Part shown: piece after piece, positions 45,833 through 56,244 of the stretch | Position numbering within the stretch: the stretch's first letter is position 1 | How the letters are laid out: the number at the start of each line of letters is the position of its first letter | IMG/VR virus record: IMGVR_UViG_3300017987_004445 | Span: 1-60,010 of that record | Source: a virus | Taxonomy: Duplodnaviria; Caudoviricetes | Length of the DNA: 60,010 nucleotides | Direction: 5' to 3' (one strand) | Notes under the pieces: generated by a model | The model's input: only the letters and a program-made list of their open reading frames with translations | The model's database searches: none | What the model was told of the DNA's origin: nothing | Position numbers and translations under genes: made by a program

Positions 45833-48385
45833 ATGAATCAACCATCATGGGCTAAAAGATACAAGCAGCAGATGGGTTTGGGGTTAAGAATTAATGGTGG
45901 CATGCAGCCCATTGCATATACGGGAACAGGAGATGATAATAGGGTGCAACCAAATAAGCCCGTTATGATGGTGTCTACGCAAAAAGGTAAGCGCATGCTG
46001 CATGAAGGTGAGGGATTGATATCTAAGCCAAATGGCAGCTTTAAGGTTGTCCCCCAAAAGGAACTTATTGAGATAGAGAAAAAGAATAAAATGCCGGGAT
46101 TTCAGTATGGGGGGACATTTAAATTCAGCTCTGGAGATACGGAAAAGCCGTTGCGGACAGAGCCAATTCAAAACAGCTTTAATTTTAGTCCGGACAAATT
46201 ATCCAAAGAAACAGAGGCTAACAGACAGGCAAGTGCTGATATAAAAGCCAATACCGTAGCCCGCACACCTGCCGAGATAGCGGCCAAAGGAGCCATGATG
46301 GCGGATAGAGCACCTGCCTTTCAGCCCATAGCCCGCACAGATGCCGAGATAGCTGCCAAGGGGGCTATGATGGCGGATAGAGCACCTGCCTTTCAGCCCA
46401 TAGCTCGCACAGATGCCGAGATAGCGGCCAAAGAAGCCATGATGGCGGACAAGCCATTAAGTGCCTTCCAGCCCATAGCCCGCACACCTGCCGAGATAGC
46501 GGCAAAAGAGGCTATGATGGCAGATAAAACCCCGATACAAACATCTACTACGACTACTGCCGACACCACGACTGGGGCTGAGGTTGATGTGGAAGATACT
46601 GATCGCATGGAGCGTATGACTGCGAAAATGGAGGAGTTTACAGACCCCGAAAGCCCTGTTTATAAGAAGATAGCCAATATTGCCTTTGGGCAATTAGATC
46701 CAAGACTACAGACAAACATGACATTGACGGCTATGCAGATTGCTCAAAACCCGAATTTAACTGAAGGTCAAAAGCGTGTGGCCATGGCTCAGGCTTTGAG
46801 AGATGCGGGCATAGCCCAAAGCGAATTGGCGGCGGATATGGCAGGAAAGGCCATGGACAGTATTAGGGCCGCAATAGGTGAAACCTTTGGTATGGCTCAG
46901 GATTTGGGCTCTTATAAATGGGACAAGGGTTTGGAAAAAGCCAGCATAATGTTGCAATCAGGTGACATTCAGGGATATGCAGACCAATTGAGTAAGAATT
47001 TTGGCATTAATGTGGACGTATCAAAACTCCAGGATGAGCAAAATAATCAAACCTACAACACTGGGCTTGCTAATTTAACTGCCAACATCGGTTCGAACAT
47101 TGGGTTTGACGACCCGAGCACACAGAATATCCTAAAATCTATTGCAGAATCTCAGGGCATATCTGATGCAGATTATGACAGTTGGGCGCGTGAGTTTTAT
47201 GATGATGTTGCCACTGCGTCGAGTAGGGAATGGCAACTTTATGGCACGATGAATGATGATCAGCTTTCGAATATTTTTAGGACTGCGGACACGCCCGAGG
47301 GCTGGACATTGGATAGTTTTGAATGGGGAGGCAAAACCGGAAGAGCGGCAGCTCTTGCTTTTCTAACAAAGTTGGATATGACTGGCGGCATTGGCGCTGA
47401 TGGAGAGATTGACTATGACATGCTGGAAAAGCTTTGGGATAGCGGCACAACCGAAGCCGGAACGACTGCTGAAGGTGAGGATATAATTGCAACTGCTGCA
47501 AATGGCACACAGATAACGGTTAATACGTTTACAGATGATTACGTACCCAAGAAAATTGGCAACGAATACTGGATAAGAACCGCTGATGGCAAGGCCATGC
47601 TTGAATCCGAGTATTTGGATAGCCCCAATTACGAGTCTGATGCACGGTTTATTGGCAAAGAAAACGGTGAGCGCGTTTCCATAGGCGAGAGAGAATGGAA
47701 AAAGGATGAGCGCGGCATATGGTCTGAAGTTGAGCCATTGTCGTTTGATGCCGATATTGACGATGCCTTTGGCAAGGAGGCCAAAGATATTATAGCCGAG
47801 GGCGAGACACATCCTGATTATTGGGATGTGGTAAACGCTCAGGCTACCGAAGATGTTTGGAGCACTTCTGCTGACACCGTTCTTGCCCGGGGCCGTGATG
47901 CCGATCCCACTCTTTATGATAAAGTTTACGAAAAGCGCGTGAAGCAGCTTGAAGATGATCCCGAAAGCATACAGGCGGACAAGATCATGGAAGATGGACG
48001 TGATGCGAACCCGGATATGTTTGATGTTGTGGCCAAAGCAAGGGCTACGGAATATTCGGGTACTCAAGTTGGTATGAAACCACCTTCTATTGTAGGTGAT
48101 GATGGGAAATGGCAAGCATTGAAGCCTGGGGATTATGTTACATTTAATGCTGATGTACAAAGAGAATGGGAAGGAGAAACAACTTCAGGTGCTCCTATTA
48201 AGGCTGGAACATATAAACTCGTAAGGGGTGACAGCCCCGAAGTACAGGCAGGGATTAGAGCTGCGATGGAAGCGAAAGGATATAGCAAAGAAGAAATTGA
48301 GAATGATCTTAAAGGTGCCAAGACTAGGTATTTTTATGAACCATTAGAAGGCGGCGATTATGTCTGGGCAGGATATCAAAGATAA
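45833..48385 (+). CDS. Internal virion (ejection) protein with tandem repeats
   Basis: 850 aa, Gln/Ala-rich helical, position before the other ejection genes. Confidence 0.6.
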   Translation: MNQPSWAKRYKQQMGLGLRINGGMQPIAYTGTGDDNRVQPNKPVMMVSTQKGKRMLHEGEGLISKPNGSFKVVPQKELIEIEKKNKMPGFQYGGTFKFSSGDTEKPLRTEPIQNSFNFSPDKLSKETEANRQASADIKANTVARTPAEIAAKGAMMADRAPAFQPIARTDAEIAAKGAMMADRAPAFQPIARTDAEIAAKEAMMADKPLSAFQPIARTPAEIAAKEAMMADKTPIQTSTTTTADTTTGAEVDVEDTDRMERMTAKMEEFTDPESPVYKKIANIAFGQLDPRLQTNMTLTAMQIAQNPNLTEGQKRVAMAQALRDAGIAQSELAADMAGKAMDSIRAAIGETFGMAQDLGSYKWDKGLEKASIMLQSGDIQGYADQLSKNFGINVDVSKLQDEQNNQTYNTGLANLTANIGSNIGFDDPSTQNILKSIAESQGISDADYDSWAREFYDDVATASSREWQLYGTMNDDQLSNIFRTADTPEGWTLDSFEWGGKTGRAAALAFLTKLDMTGGIGADGEIDYDMLEKLWDSGTTEAGTTAEGEDIIATAANGTQITVNTFTDDYVPKKIGNEYWIRTADGKAMLESEYLDSPNYESDARFIGKENGERVSIGEREWKKDERGIWSEVEPLSFDADIDDAFGKEAKDIIAEGETHPDYWDVVNAQATEDVWSTSADTVLARGRDADPTLYDKVYEKRVKQLEDDPESIQADKIMEDGRDANPDMFDVVAKARATEYSGTQVGMKPPSIVGDDGKWQALKPGDYVTFNADVQREWEGETTSGAPIKAGTYKLVRGDSPEVQAGIRAAMEAKGYSKEEIENDLKGAKTRYFYEPLEGGDYVWAGYQR
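46259..46530 (+). repeat. Coding tandem repeat, about 3.7 units of 72-75 bp
   Basis: Units start at 46259, 46331, 46403, 46478; ART(P/D)AEIAAK(G/E)AMMAD(RAP/KPLS)AFQPI. Confidence 0.92.
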
Positions 48386-48397
48386 AGGAGATTAATT

Positions 48398-48826
48398 ATG
48401 GTTCCAGCAGTGGCAGCAGCTCTTATTTCTGGAGGAATCCAAGGTGGGACTTCTCTAATTTCTGGTCTTATGCAATACTTTGCGGCGAATAAACAACTTG
48501 AGGCACAACGCGAAACAAATCAACAGCTTCTTAGGCAGGCAGCGATAGAACGAGGTATACAACAGGAACAGTTTGGTGAGACCATGGGACTACAGCGAGA
48601 ACAGTTGGCTTTATCTGAAGCTGCCCAGAAAGCCGACATAAAAATGGGCAAACGTCAGCAAGCATTTCTTGAGAAGAAGTATACTGATGAACAGAAAAGA
48701 CAAGATGCGGCATTAAAATATGATAAGATGATGAATCTTGCCAATAACATCAAAACCTATTTTGGTGAGAATCCTGCTTTCAGGCTTCGTCTGCAAGAAG
48801 TTCAGGGATTAAGGAGGGCAGCGTAA
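48398..48826 (+). CDS. Small internal virion protein
   Basis: Gly/Ala hydrophobic N-terminus plus Gln-rich coiled coil. Confidence 0.65.
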   Translation: MVPAVAAALISGGIQGGTSLISGLMQYFAANKQLEAQRETNQQLLRQAAIERGIQQEQFGETMGLQREQLALSEAAQKADIKMGKRQQAFLEKKYTDEQKRQDAALKYDKMMNLANNIKTYFGENPAFRLRLQEVQGLRRAA

Positions 48827-49956
48827 TGCCTATACCAGCTTTAAGAACACCGGATGTGGGAGCACCTATTCAGGCTATGGCCCAAACAGTTGAAAAGATT
48901 GGTGGGGTTGCAGCCCAGTCTTTTGAGAATTATTTCAATATCCAGAATACAGCGGAATCTAGGAAAAAGTTTGCTAGCAAACTCAGAAATGATGTTGCGC
49001 AAATGATGGGTAAAAGCCCTGAAGATATAAAATATTTCCAAAAATACAATTTTGATAATTTGTCTAAGGCTGATTTAGAAAATATGGCTGCCGCCGTGAA
49101 TGAGTTTGGGAAGCGCTATCAATGGGAACGACAGCTTGACGAGACAGATCGGACTCAGGTACGCAAGACCGGGCCTGAGTATTTGAGTGATTATTATACA
49201 TTTAATGTTGAGAAGGATACGCTTGACCCAAACCTTAAAAAGTATAGAACTGAGGGAGCTGTTCAGAGTGCGATTGATTTGTGGCAACAGGCCAAAAAGC
49301 CGCCCAAAAGTTTTGAGGAAGCGGCTCAGTTGTTGCCTCCGGACCTTGCAAATAATCAGGCCGTGCGACGTGCAATGCAGGATAGGTTTAGAAGCGAAAG
49401 CGAATTGGAACTTTCGAGGCAAAGGGCACGGCAGGAAAGCAGTGCCATGGACCCCAAGGAAATGGCCAAAACCCAACGCGCTGATTTTATCAAGCTTGGG
49501 GAAATGATAAAAAAGGCTGAAGCTGAAATACCAGATGATTATGTAAAGCGCACTGATCCTGATAAATACTATAAGGCATGGGATCGTGTGGGTAAGCTTA
49601 AAATGGCTTCGGATTTGGTTGCTGATAAGAAGAACCCTCTGGGTATTGTTCAGGCCATACAGAAGGCAGACAAGGAATATGTGGCACCTCCACGTGCTTC
49701 TCAACCTATTCAAACCCAAAAAGAGAAAACCGAAGACGGAACATTTAAAAATGCGGCCAAGGGTATTATACAGGGAATAGCTTCTGGATTTATAGGGCAA
49801 AGACCACAATCAAAAACCGAGACTCCGGCTTCTCCTGCTCCGGAATACACTATCTCGGGCCAGAAAATTCCAGCAGATACAACCGTAACACCACTTGATA
49901 AGCAGATTAATATTATCATCGACCAATGGAAAAAGGAAGGGAAGATACTTGGCTAA
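48826..49956 (+). CDS. Internal virion protein
   Basis: Helical, 376 aa, position. Confidence 0.55.
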   Translation: MPIPALRTPDVGAPIQAMAQTVEKIGGVAAQSFENYFNIQNTAESRKKFASKLRNDVAQMMGKSPEDIKYFQKYNFDNLSKADLENMAAAVNEFGKRYQWERQLDETDRTQVRKTGPEYLSDYYTFNVEKDTLDPNLKKYRTEGAVQSAIDLWQQAKKPPKSFEEAAQLLPPDLANNQAVRRAMQDRFRSESELELSRQRARQESSAMDPKEMAKTQRADFIKLGEMIKKAEAEIPDDYVKRTDPDKYYKAWDRVGKLKMASDLVADKKNPLGIVQAIQKADKEYVAPPRASQPIQTQKEKTEDGTFKNAAKGIIQGIASGFIGQRPQSKTETPASPAPEYTISGQKIPADTTVTPLDKQINIIIDQWKKEGKILG

Positions 49957-52900
49957 TTATGATGAATTGTTTGCAGAAATATCTCAGCCCACCGCTACCG
50001 TTTTTGATGAGATTCGCAAAACCAAGGCCGGTGAGCCTTCTTCCTTAATACGCTCTCAGCCTATTGGTGGTGATTACTATCAGGCTTCACAGGAAGCTGT
50101 GACGGCTAAAACAATAACCGAGGCAGTGGCCCGGGAGAGATTGAAGGCCAAGGGCGTAGCGGAATTACCTGCTGAAACTGCTGATTATGATAACTTATTT
50201 GATGAGATAAGCCAGCCTGTACCTACCCCAGAGGAAGAAACCTCAAACATTTTAAGTGAGTTGAAGAAGGCCTTTAGTCGTGGCGAAAAGGACCGTATTG
50301 TAAATGAAATGTACGCCCAAGAAATGGAGGGGTCGAGGCCAAAGGGTGAAGCTCTTGCGTTTAAAAGGAAACTTGAAAAGCTTGAAAGGGAAGACCCTGT
50401 AGAAGCCAACAATTTTCTCACAAAAGGCTTGACTGGTTTTGCAAGAATGACTCCGATGTTGCTCAAGGGTATTTATGAGGGTCAGAAGTACGGAATGGGT
50501 GGTGCGGGTGCTGGGGCAACTGCCGCTTTAGTTGCCGGTCAAGCTGGGCCACAGATAGTCACCCCGGAGGAAGTTGTCACGGTTCCGGTTGCTGCTGCCA
50601 CGGGCTATGCTCTTGGGCAAGGCTTTGGCCAAACAAATTATTGGAGAAGACAAGGTGCCGCAGAAGTTTTTTCGGAATTGACAGAAAAAGGTGTGGACGC
50701 AAAGACAGCTCGTTTGATAGGAGAAGCTGCTGGCGTACCATATGCACTTATAGAGCAAGCCCAATTTTTGCGTGCCGTTCCAGGTTTTAAGAATCTCAAG
50801 AATTTGTTTACAAAAAGTCTTATTAGAAATGCTTTACGTCTTGCAAAAGAACGCGGAATTGATGTTGCAGAACAGACATTACAAGAAGGGTTGCAAAAGG
50901 TAATCACGGAAACAGGTGTTGAGATTGCGGATTATATTGAGGGCACAAAAGGCACTAAAGACGTTAAAGACTCGGCAAAAAACGTGCTAAAACAGGGTGT
51001 ACAGGAAATGAAGGATGTGTTGCCGACGATGACGGTAATGCTTGGCCCAAAAACTTTGACGCAAGCTGCTGCAACTCCATATATGACAAAACAGATACAA
51101 AAGGAAGAGCAGGGGAAAACTGAAGAAGGGGTTAAGCCCAAAATAACCCCGGAAGAGCCTGAAGCTTTTGGCAAAGCCGCTCTCGAAGATGTTTTGAAGG
51201 AACCCACGGCAGGGGAATTGGAGAAGGTTGAGGATGTCTATAAAGGTGAAGAGGGGCCTGTTATTGATGAAGGGGTTGAGAAGGTAGAAGAAAAGGTTGA
51301 GCCTTCCGTGCCTCCTGAAATTGTTGATCCCGTGAAGGCTATTGATGCTGAAATGCAAGTAGCTGAGACAGACCGTGAAAGAAGATTATTGCAGGAAAAG
51401 AAGGAAAACGTTGTTGATGATTTATTTAATGAACCAGGGGCTATGGCATATAGCAACAAGGAAGGCCAAAAGAGCCTAAAGAAATTGGATGAGGCCAATA
51501 TCCCGTATACTTATGGCCGCATTGATATTGAGGGAATGAATACTGCAAATACCCACTATGGGAGTCATGGTGAGGCTGATGTGGCTATGAGAAAAATAAT
51601 AGGGCAGAATGTCATAAAAGATATAGTGGATGCCGGAGGTATTGTATTTAAGGGTGGTAAGGCTGATGAAGTTAAGTTTGCTATCCCAAACATGAGCGTT
51701 GAAGATGTGAATGCATTAATGGAGCGTGCACAGGACAAGGGCGTAGAAGCCAGGGACAGGGAAGGAATAGGTGGATTAACGCATCAAAAATACAATATCA
51801 AGAATTATGGTGCTTTGGATATTACATACGCAGTTGTAGAGGGGCAGCCCGGTAAATACGGGGAAATGGATCGTGAGGCTGACAAGTGGGAAGGTTTCAT
51901 GAAGGCCCGAAAACTTGACATTGCCGGAAAAAAATATAGATTAAGAGGTAGGGAGCTAAATAATGTCGTTCGAAGCATCATTAGAAAGGCTAGGGCTGTC
52001 GGTAAATTCGACCCCGAGGCAATTAATAGAGCACTTGGCGAAGGACAGTTCGGACCCGAGGCTACAGAAGGCCGCCCAGGAACACCTCAAAGAGTATCCG
52101 GAAAAAAGCCCACCCGCAAAGGCTTAAGTCTCACACAGAGAGAAACGGCCTCAGTTTCAAAGCAAATGTTCCAAGAAGGAAGATTTGCCGATGAAGCAAA
52201 TACTGAGCGCGTAAAAGCCGAGGAACTTTTTACCAAATTCCGCAATCGCAAATTCACTGTAGGGGGTGTTGAGCATACCATATATCGATCTGGGACGAAA
52301 ATTGAAGTACGGCCAGACAATGCCCCTTCTTACAAGATTGAGCTTGATGATGAGGTTTGGACAGATCCCGTAGAACGGATTGAAAAACCACAAAAAGAGA
52401 CTGAGATTGAAAAGAAGCCTAAAAAGCCCATTTCAGAAGATGAAGTTCCTTTTGCCAAAGAGCCGCCCAAACCCTCTGAAAAGGCCGTAGAGGCCCCTAC
52501 AAAGGCCAAACCCCCTAAAGTTGAACCCAAGCCCCCAGCTCCTGCTGCAAAGCCTTCTGAAGCGCTTAAACAGACCCCTATCACAAAAGAAGCTGTAAAA
52601 GAGGAGTTTAGCCGTCAAATAAAGGCTGTTCATAAGAAAGCCAGGGGCAAAATTCGGGATGTGCGGGTATCTGAATACCACGTCATTCGCAACAAGCAGG
52701 GCAAGCCCATGAGGACTGGCAATCTTGAGCAAGAGGGTGCCTTGGCTCATATTGACGAAAGCCCTACTGGGGATGTTACAATTACCATAAGCCCGCGCGT
52801 GTCTCAGGAAGATTTGGCTTGGGCAATATCGCACGAAATAGGCCATTTTGGATTAGCCCGCGTTATTCGATCCCGGCCAAAGCTTGGGAAACAGCTTGAC

Positions 52901-55900
52901 ACCCTGTATAAAATTGATAAAGACACTGATTTTGTTAAGAAATTACGGGAAACATACAGGAATGTTTCCGAAGATGCCTTTTTGGAGGAGTGGGCTTTGG
53001 CACGCCTTGGACAAATGGGCAACCTCGACCAGCTCAGTAAACGCGAACAGGGTATTGTAAAGAACCTTGTGCGGATAGTTAAAGAATTCTATGCCGAGAT
53101 TCAGGCAAAATTGAAAGGGGAAGCCAGATCCCCCAACATGGATAAGGTTTTGCGTGGCCTTGTTAGGGAGATGGGCAAGGAAAGGATAGCCAAGGTGTCG
53201 AAGGGGGCTAAGGAAGTCCAGAGGTTCGCCAAGAAGCCTCCCAAGGGCTATACATCTTTGGAGGTGGAGCATGCAAAGGATCAGCCCAAGACCGCGCCTA
53301 TTCCAAAGCTTACACCACAACAGAAGGCGGAGAAGCGCATATTTGATGAACAGGGTAAGGTTACGGAAAAGACATTTGACCGCATGGTGCGCATGATTCA
53401 GGACAGGTTTTACCGTCTCAAGGTTCTGCAAACGGCAAAAACAGGTGATAAACTAAGCGAGAAAGAGAACGCCTATTTACAGCAGGAGATAATGCACAGC
53501 AAGGCAGAGGCCGCTTTAGATGCTTTGATGAGTGACCACATTAAGCCATTGGAAAAAAAGCTCCAGGCTTCGGGTTTGACTCTTGATGAATTTGAGTCAT
53601 ACTTATACGCCAAACACGCGCGTGAACGCAATGAAACTATTAGGGAGCGTGATCCCAAAAATGATGCGGGTTCGGGCATGACGGACGCTGATGCTGATGC
53701 CATTCTTAAGGAATTCGACAATTTAAAACTCACAAAAACCCTTGAAAACTTGGCACAGCATGTATATGACATGAACGACCGCGCACTCTCTAAGAAGCTG
53801 GAAGCCGGATTGTTAAGTAAAGACCAGGTTAAGGGGTTCAAGAAGTGGAAATATTATGTGCCTTTGCGTGGGATAGGCGAACCCGAGACGGATAAAGTTG
53901 CCGCTAGACAGAAGGGTCGTGGATTTGATATAAGAGGCAAGCAAATAACCGCTGCTTTGGGTCGCAGAACCAAGGCACATAATTTGCTTGCCAACACTCT
54001 TGCTCAGGCAAATCTTGCGATTGTGGACTCTAATCGCAATAAAGTTGCTCAGGCTTTTCTTAATTTCGTGAAGAATAATCCTGATGAAAACCTTTGGACC
54101 GTAGACAAGCCCATTACCAAGCGACGTTTGAATAAATCTACAGGTGAAGTTGAAACCTATGAAACTGCCGCGCCTTTTACTTTAGAGGACATTCAAAAAC
54201 ACGGTCATCCCATGCGCGTTAAAGTGAATGGTGAAGAGAGTGTAATACTAATCAAGGACCCGGCGCTTGCAAAGGCCATGCTTAATTTAGACGCTGATAA
54301 AAGCGGTAAATTGCTTCATACTCTGGCCACGGCAAATCGATGGCTGGCAATGGTTAATACTTCATTGGTGCCGGAATTCATGCTGGCAAATTTCACACGT
54401 GATTTACAAACTGCGATGGTGAATATGGGTGGTGAATATTCGGCAAGCACTGCTAAAGATATAGGGAAGAAGATTTTCCCGGCAATGCGGGGTACGTGGC
54501 AGGCAATGCACGGCAAAACCGATACCGAATATGCGAAGTGGTATAATGAATTTGTGAATGCTGGTGGTAAGGTCGGTTTTTTTGCAATGAAGAACGTTGA
54601 AACGATCCAGAAAGATTTAATGAGGGAAGTCAGCGTTTTAAAGGGTGGCAAGAAGGCTGTTGCTATCAAAACCTATAGGGCGGTTATGGGCACCGTGAAT
54701 GATTTAAATGCAGCGGTTGAAAACGCAACGCGCTTAGCAACCTATATAACCATGCGAGAACAGGGTTTGAGCAAGTCCAAAGCCGCGAGCGTAGCTAAAA
54801 ATGTTACGGTAAATTTTAATCGTAAGGGGGAGATGGGGGGATTGGTAAATGGATTGTATTTATTTGCCAATGCCAGCATACAGGGTACTGCAAGAATATT
54901 TAAGGCTTTGGGTAATCCGCGCGTTCAAAAAATTGTTGGCGGGATTGCATTAGGTTCTTTTTCTTTGGCTCAATACAACCGCTGGGCTGGCGGCAAGGAT
55001 GACGATGACGAAGATTATTATGATAAAATTCCTAACTGGATAAAGCAAAACAATATCGTGATTATGTGGCCCGGAAGCAAAGGCGCTTATGTAAGGGTTC
55101 CGGTGCCTTATGGTTACAATATATTCTATGCCGCTGGACAAGCCGCTGATGTGGCTATTAAACAGAAAAAGCCGCTTGAAGGCGCGATGATGGTGGCAGG
55201 TGCCTTTGGAGACGCTTTCAACCCCTTGGGTGTGGCCCCTACAGCAATACAAACGTTTACACCATCGCAAGCCAGGTGGTTGGTGGATTTGTCAATCAAT
55301 AAAAATTTCTTTGGCGCTCCCATCAAAAAAGAGCAGAAGTATGGTCCTGAAATGGCTCAGAGTTTTTTGGCGTTCAAGCGCACAAGCGAATTAAGCAAAA
55401 AAATAGCACAGAGCATAACGACTATGCTTGGCGGTGGCAAATATGAGCCTGCGTTGGCTGGCACGCCTTTTGAAGATATTGCAAATTTAAGCCCCGATCA
55501 AATGGATTACGTGTTTAAATATGCTACTGGCGGCATGGGCCGCACATTTGGGCAGTTGATAGACATTGGTGCCAAACTCGGTACGGGTAAGGCTTCACGT
55601 ATTCAATCAAACAAGATTCCGTTTGTGCGTAGGTTCTATGGAAAAGTTGATACGTACCAAGACACTCAGGAGATGTGGAAGAGGTTGGACAAGATTGAAA
55701 TGAAGCGTGCGCAGTATGAGCATTTAAAACAGACCGATATACCACGTGCATATGAATATTATAGTAAAAACAAGCCGATATTGCTATTTACCGAAAAAGT
55801 GAACAACCCCAAAACAGGTAGAAAAATTCTACGCATTAATCAGAAATTGAAAAGGTTTTATGATTTACGCGAACAAAGGGAGAAATTTGATAGTTTAGGC

Positions 55901-55999
55901 GATGCTAAAACAGTTGATTATCTTGATAAGGAAATAAATGGATTTGTTAAGAGGTTTAATGCAGAATATGATTACATGGTAAAAGGTGGTGGCTCATGA
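49949..55999 (+). CDS. Giant polyvalent ejection protein: GGDEF-like, zincin (HEIGH) and LPD38-like domains
   Basis: Probable TTG start 49949 (ORF open from 49895); DIEG..N..YGSH..AD, GGKADEV, AD; SHEIGHFG...EE; NFTRD, VNFNRKG, LFANASIQG, RVPVPYG, NKNFFGAPI, IPFVRRF. Confidence 0.85.
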   Translation: MANYDELFAEISQPTATVFDEIRKTKAGEPSSLIRSQPIGGDYYQASQEAVTAKTITEAVARERLKAKGVAELPAETADYDNLFDEISQPVPTPEEETSNILSELKKAFSRGEKDRIVNEMYAQEMEGSRPKGEALAFKRKLEKLEREDPVEANNFLTKGLTGFARMTPMLLKGIYEGQKYGMGGAGAGATAALVAGQAGPQIVTPEEVVTVPVAAATGYALGQGFGQTNYWRRQGAAEVFSELTEKGVDAKTARLIGEAAGVPYALIEQAQFLRAVPGFKNLKNLFTKSLIRNALRLAKERGIDVAEQTLQEGLQKVITETGVEIADYIEGTKGTKDVKDSAKNVLKQGVQEMKDVLPTMTVMLGPKTLTQAAATPYMTKQIQKEEQGKTEEGVKPKITPEEPEAFGKAALEDVLKEPTAGELEKVEDVYKGEEGPVIDEGVEKVEEKVEPSVPPEIVDPVKAIDAEMQVAETDRERRLLQEKKENVVDDLFNEPGAMAYSNKEGQKSLKKLDEANIPYTYGRIDIEGMNTANTHYGSHGEADVAMRKIIGQNVIKDIVDAGGIVFKGGKADEVKFAIPNMSVEDVNALMERAQDKGVEARDREGIGGLTHQKYNIKNYGALDITYAVVEGQPGKYGEMDREADKWEGFMKARKLDIAGKKYRLRGRELNNVVRSIIRKARAVGKFDPEAINRALGEGQFGPEATEGRPGTPQRVSGKKPTRKGLSLTQRETASVSKQMFQEGRFADEANTERVKAEELFTKFRNRKFTVGGVEHTIYRSGTKIEVRPDNAPSYKIELDDEVWTDPVERIEKPQKETEIEKKPKKPISEDEVPFAKEPPKPSEKAVEAPTKAKPPKVEPKPPAPAAKPSEALKQTPITKEAVKEEFSRQIKAVHKKARGKIRDVRVSEYHVIRNKQGKPMRTGNLEQEGALAHIDESPTGDVTITISPRVSQEDLAWAISHEIGHFGLARVIRSRPKLGKQLDTLYKIDKDTDFVKKLRETYRNVSEDAFLEEWALARLGQMGNLDQLSKREQGIVKNLVRIVKEFYAEIQAKLKGEARSPNMDKVLRGLVREMGKERIAKVSKGAKEVQRFAKKPPKGYTSLEVEHAKDQPKTAPIPKLTPQQKAEKRIFDEQGKVTEKTFDRMVRMIQDRFYRLKVLQTAKTGDKLSEKENAYLQQEIMHSKAEAALDALMSDHIKPLEKKLQASGLTLDEFESYLYAKHARERNETIRERDPKNDAGSGMTDADADAILKEFDNLKLTKTLENLAQHVYDMNDRALSKKLEAGLLSKDQVKGFKKWKYYVPLRGIGEPETDKVAARQKGRGFDIRGKQITAALGRRTKAHNLLANTLAQANLAIVDSNRNKVAQAFLNFVKNNPDENLWTVDKPITKRRLNKSTGEVETYETAAPFTLEDIQKHGHPMRVKVNGEESVILIKDPALAKAMLNLDADKSGKLLHTLATANRWLAMVNTSLVPEFMLANFTRDLQTAMVNMGGEYSASTAKDIGKKIFPAMRGTWQAMHGKTDTEYAKWYNEFVNAGGKVGFFAMKNVETIQKDLMREVSVLKGGKKAVAIKTYRAVMGTVNDLNAAVENATRLATYITMREQGLSKSKAASVAKNVTVNFNRKGEMGGLVNGLYLFANASIQGTARIFKALGNPRVQKIVGGIALGSFSLAQYNRWAGGKDDDDEDYYDKIPNWIKQNNIVIMWPGSKGAYVRVPVPYGYNIFYAAGQAADVAIKQKKPLEGAMMVAGAFGDAFNPLGVAPTAIQTFTPSQARWLVDLSINKNFFGAPIKKEQKYGPEMAQSFLAFKRTSELSKKIAQSITTMLGGGKYEPALAGTPFEDIANLSPDQMDYVFKYATGGMGRTFGQLIDIGAKLGTGKASRIQSNKIPFVRRFYGKVDTYQDTQEMWKRLDKIEMKRAQYEHLKQTDIPRAYEYYSKNKPILLFTEKVNNPKTGRKILRINQKLKRFYDLREQREKFDSLGDAKTVDYLDKEINGFVKRFNAEYDYMVKGGGS
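51915..51955 (+). promoter_or_regulatory. Intragenic promoter and RBS
   Basis: TTGACA-16 nt-TAGATT then GAGGTAGGGAG. Confidence 0.5.
51963..52127 (+). CDS. Nested out-of-frame 54-aa ORF
   Basis: MSFEASLERLGLSVNSTPRQLIEHLAKDSSDPRLQKAAQEHLKEYPEKSPPAKA*; +1 frame; GGGAG 7 nt upstream. Confidence 0.5.
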   Translation: MSFEASLERLGLSVNSTPRQLIEHLAKDSSDPRLQKAAQEHLKEYPEKSPPAKA

Positions 56000-56244
56000 A
56001 CGGTAATGAAATAAATATCCTCAAGGAGATACATGCTGACGTGAAGGAGCTGTTAAGGTTTCAGGCTACTACTGAACAGAGGTTAAAGACGGGCAGTGAA
56101 AAATTTGGAGATCATGAAAGCAGGGTTCGTAAGCTCGAAAGCCGCGAGTGTCCTATATATAAAGGGCCTCGTGGGTGGATTGTCTATGGCATGATAACCA
56201 TAGGCTTTGTAATATTAGGTCTTTTAAAATATGCGAGTACATAA
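55996..56244 (+). CDS. Holin-like protein (coiled coil plus one C-terminal TM)
   Basis: Directly upstream of the endolysin. Confidence 0.55.
   Translation: MNGNEINILKEIHADVKELLRFQATTEQRLKTGSEKFGDHESRVRKLESRECPIYKGPRGWIVYGMITIGFVILGLLKYAST

Noticed and set aside
31292-55751. Many long antisense ORFs (e.g. 31564-32394, 36865-37524, 47363-48160, 49075-49809)
   Set aside because: Shadows of well-supported plus-strand genes, with no motifs or RBS
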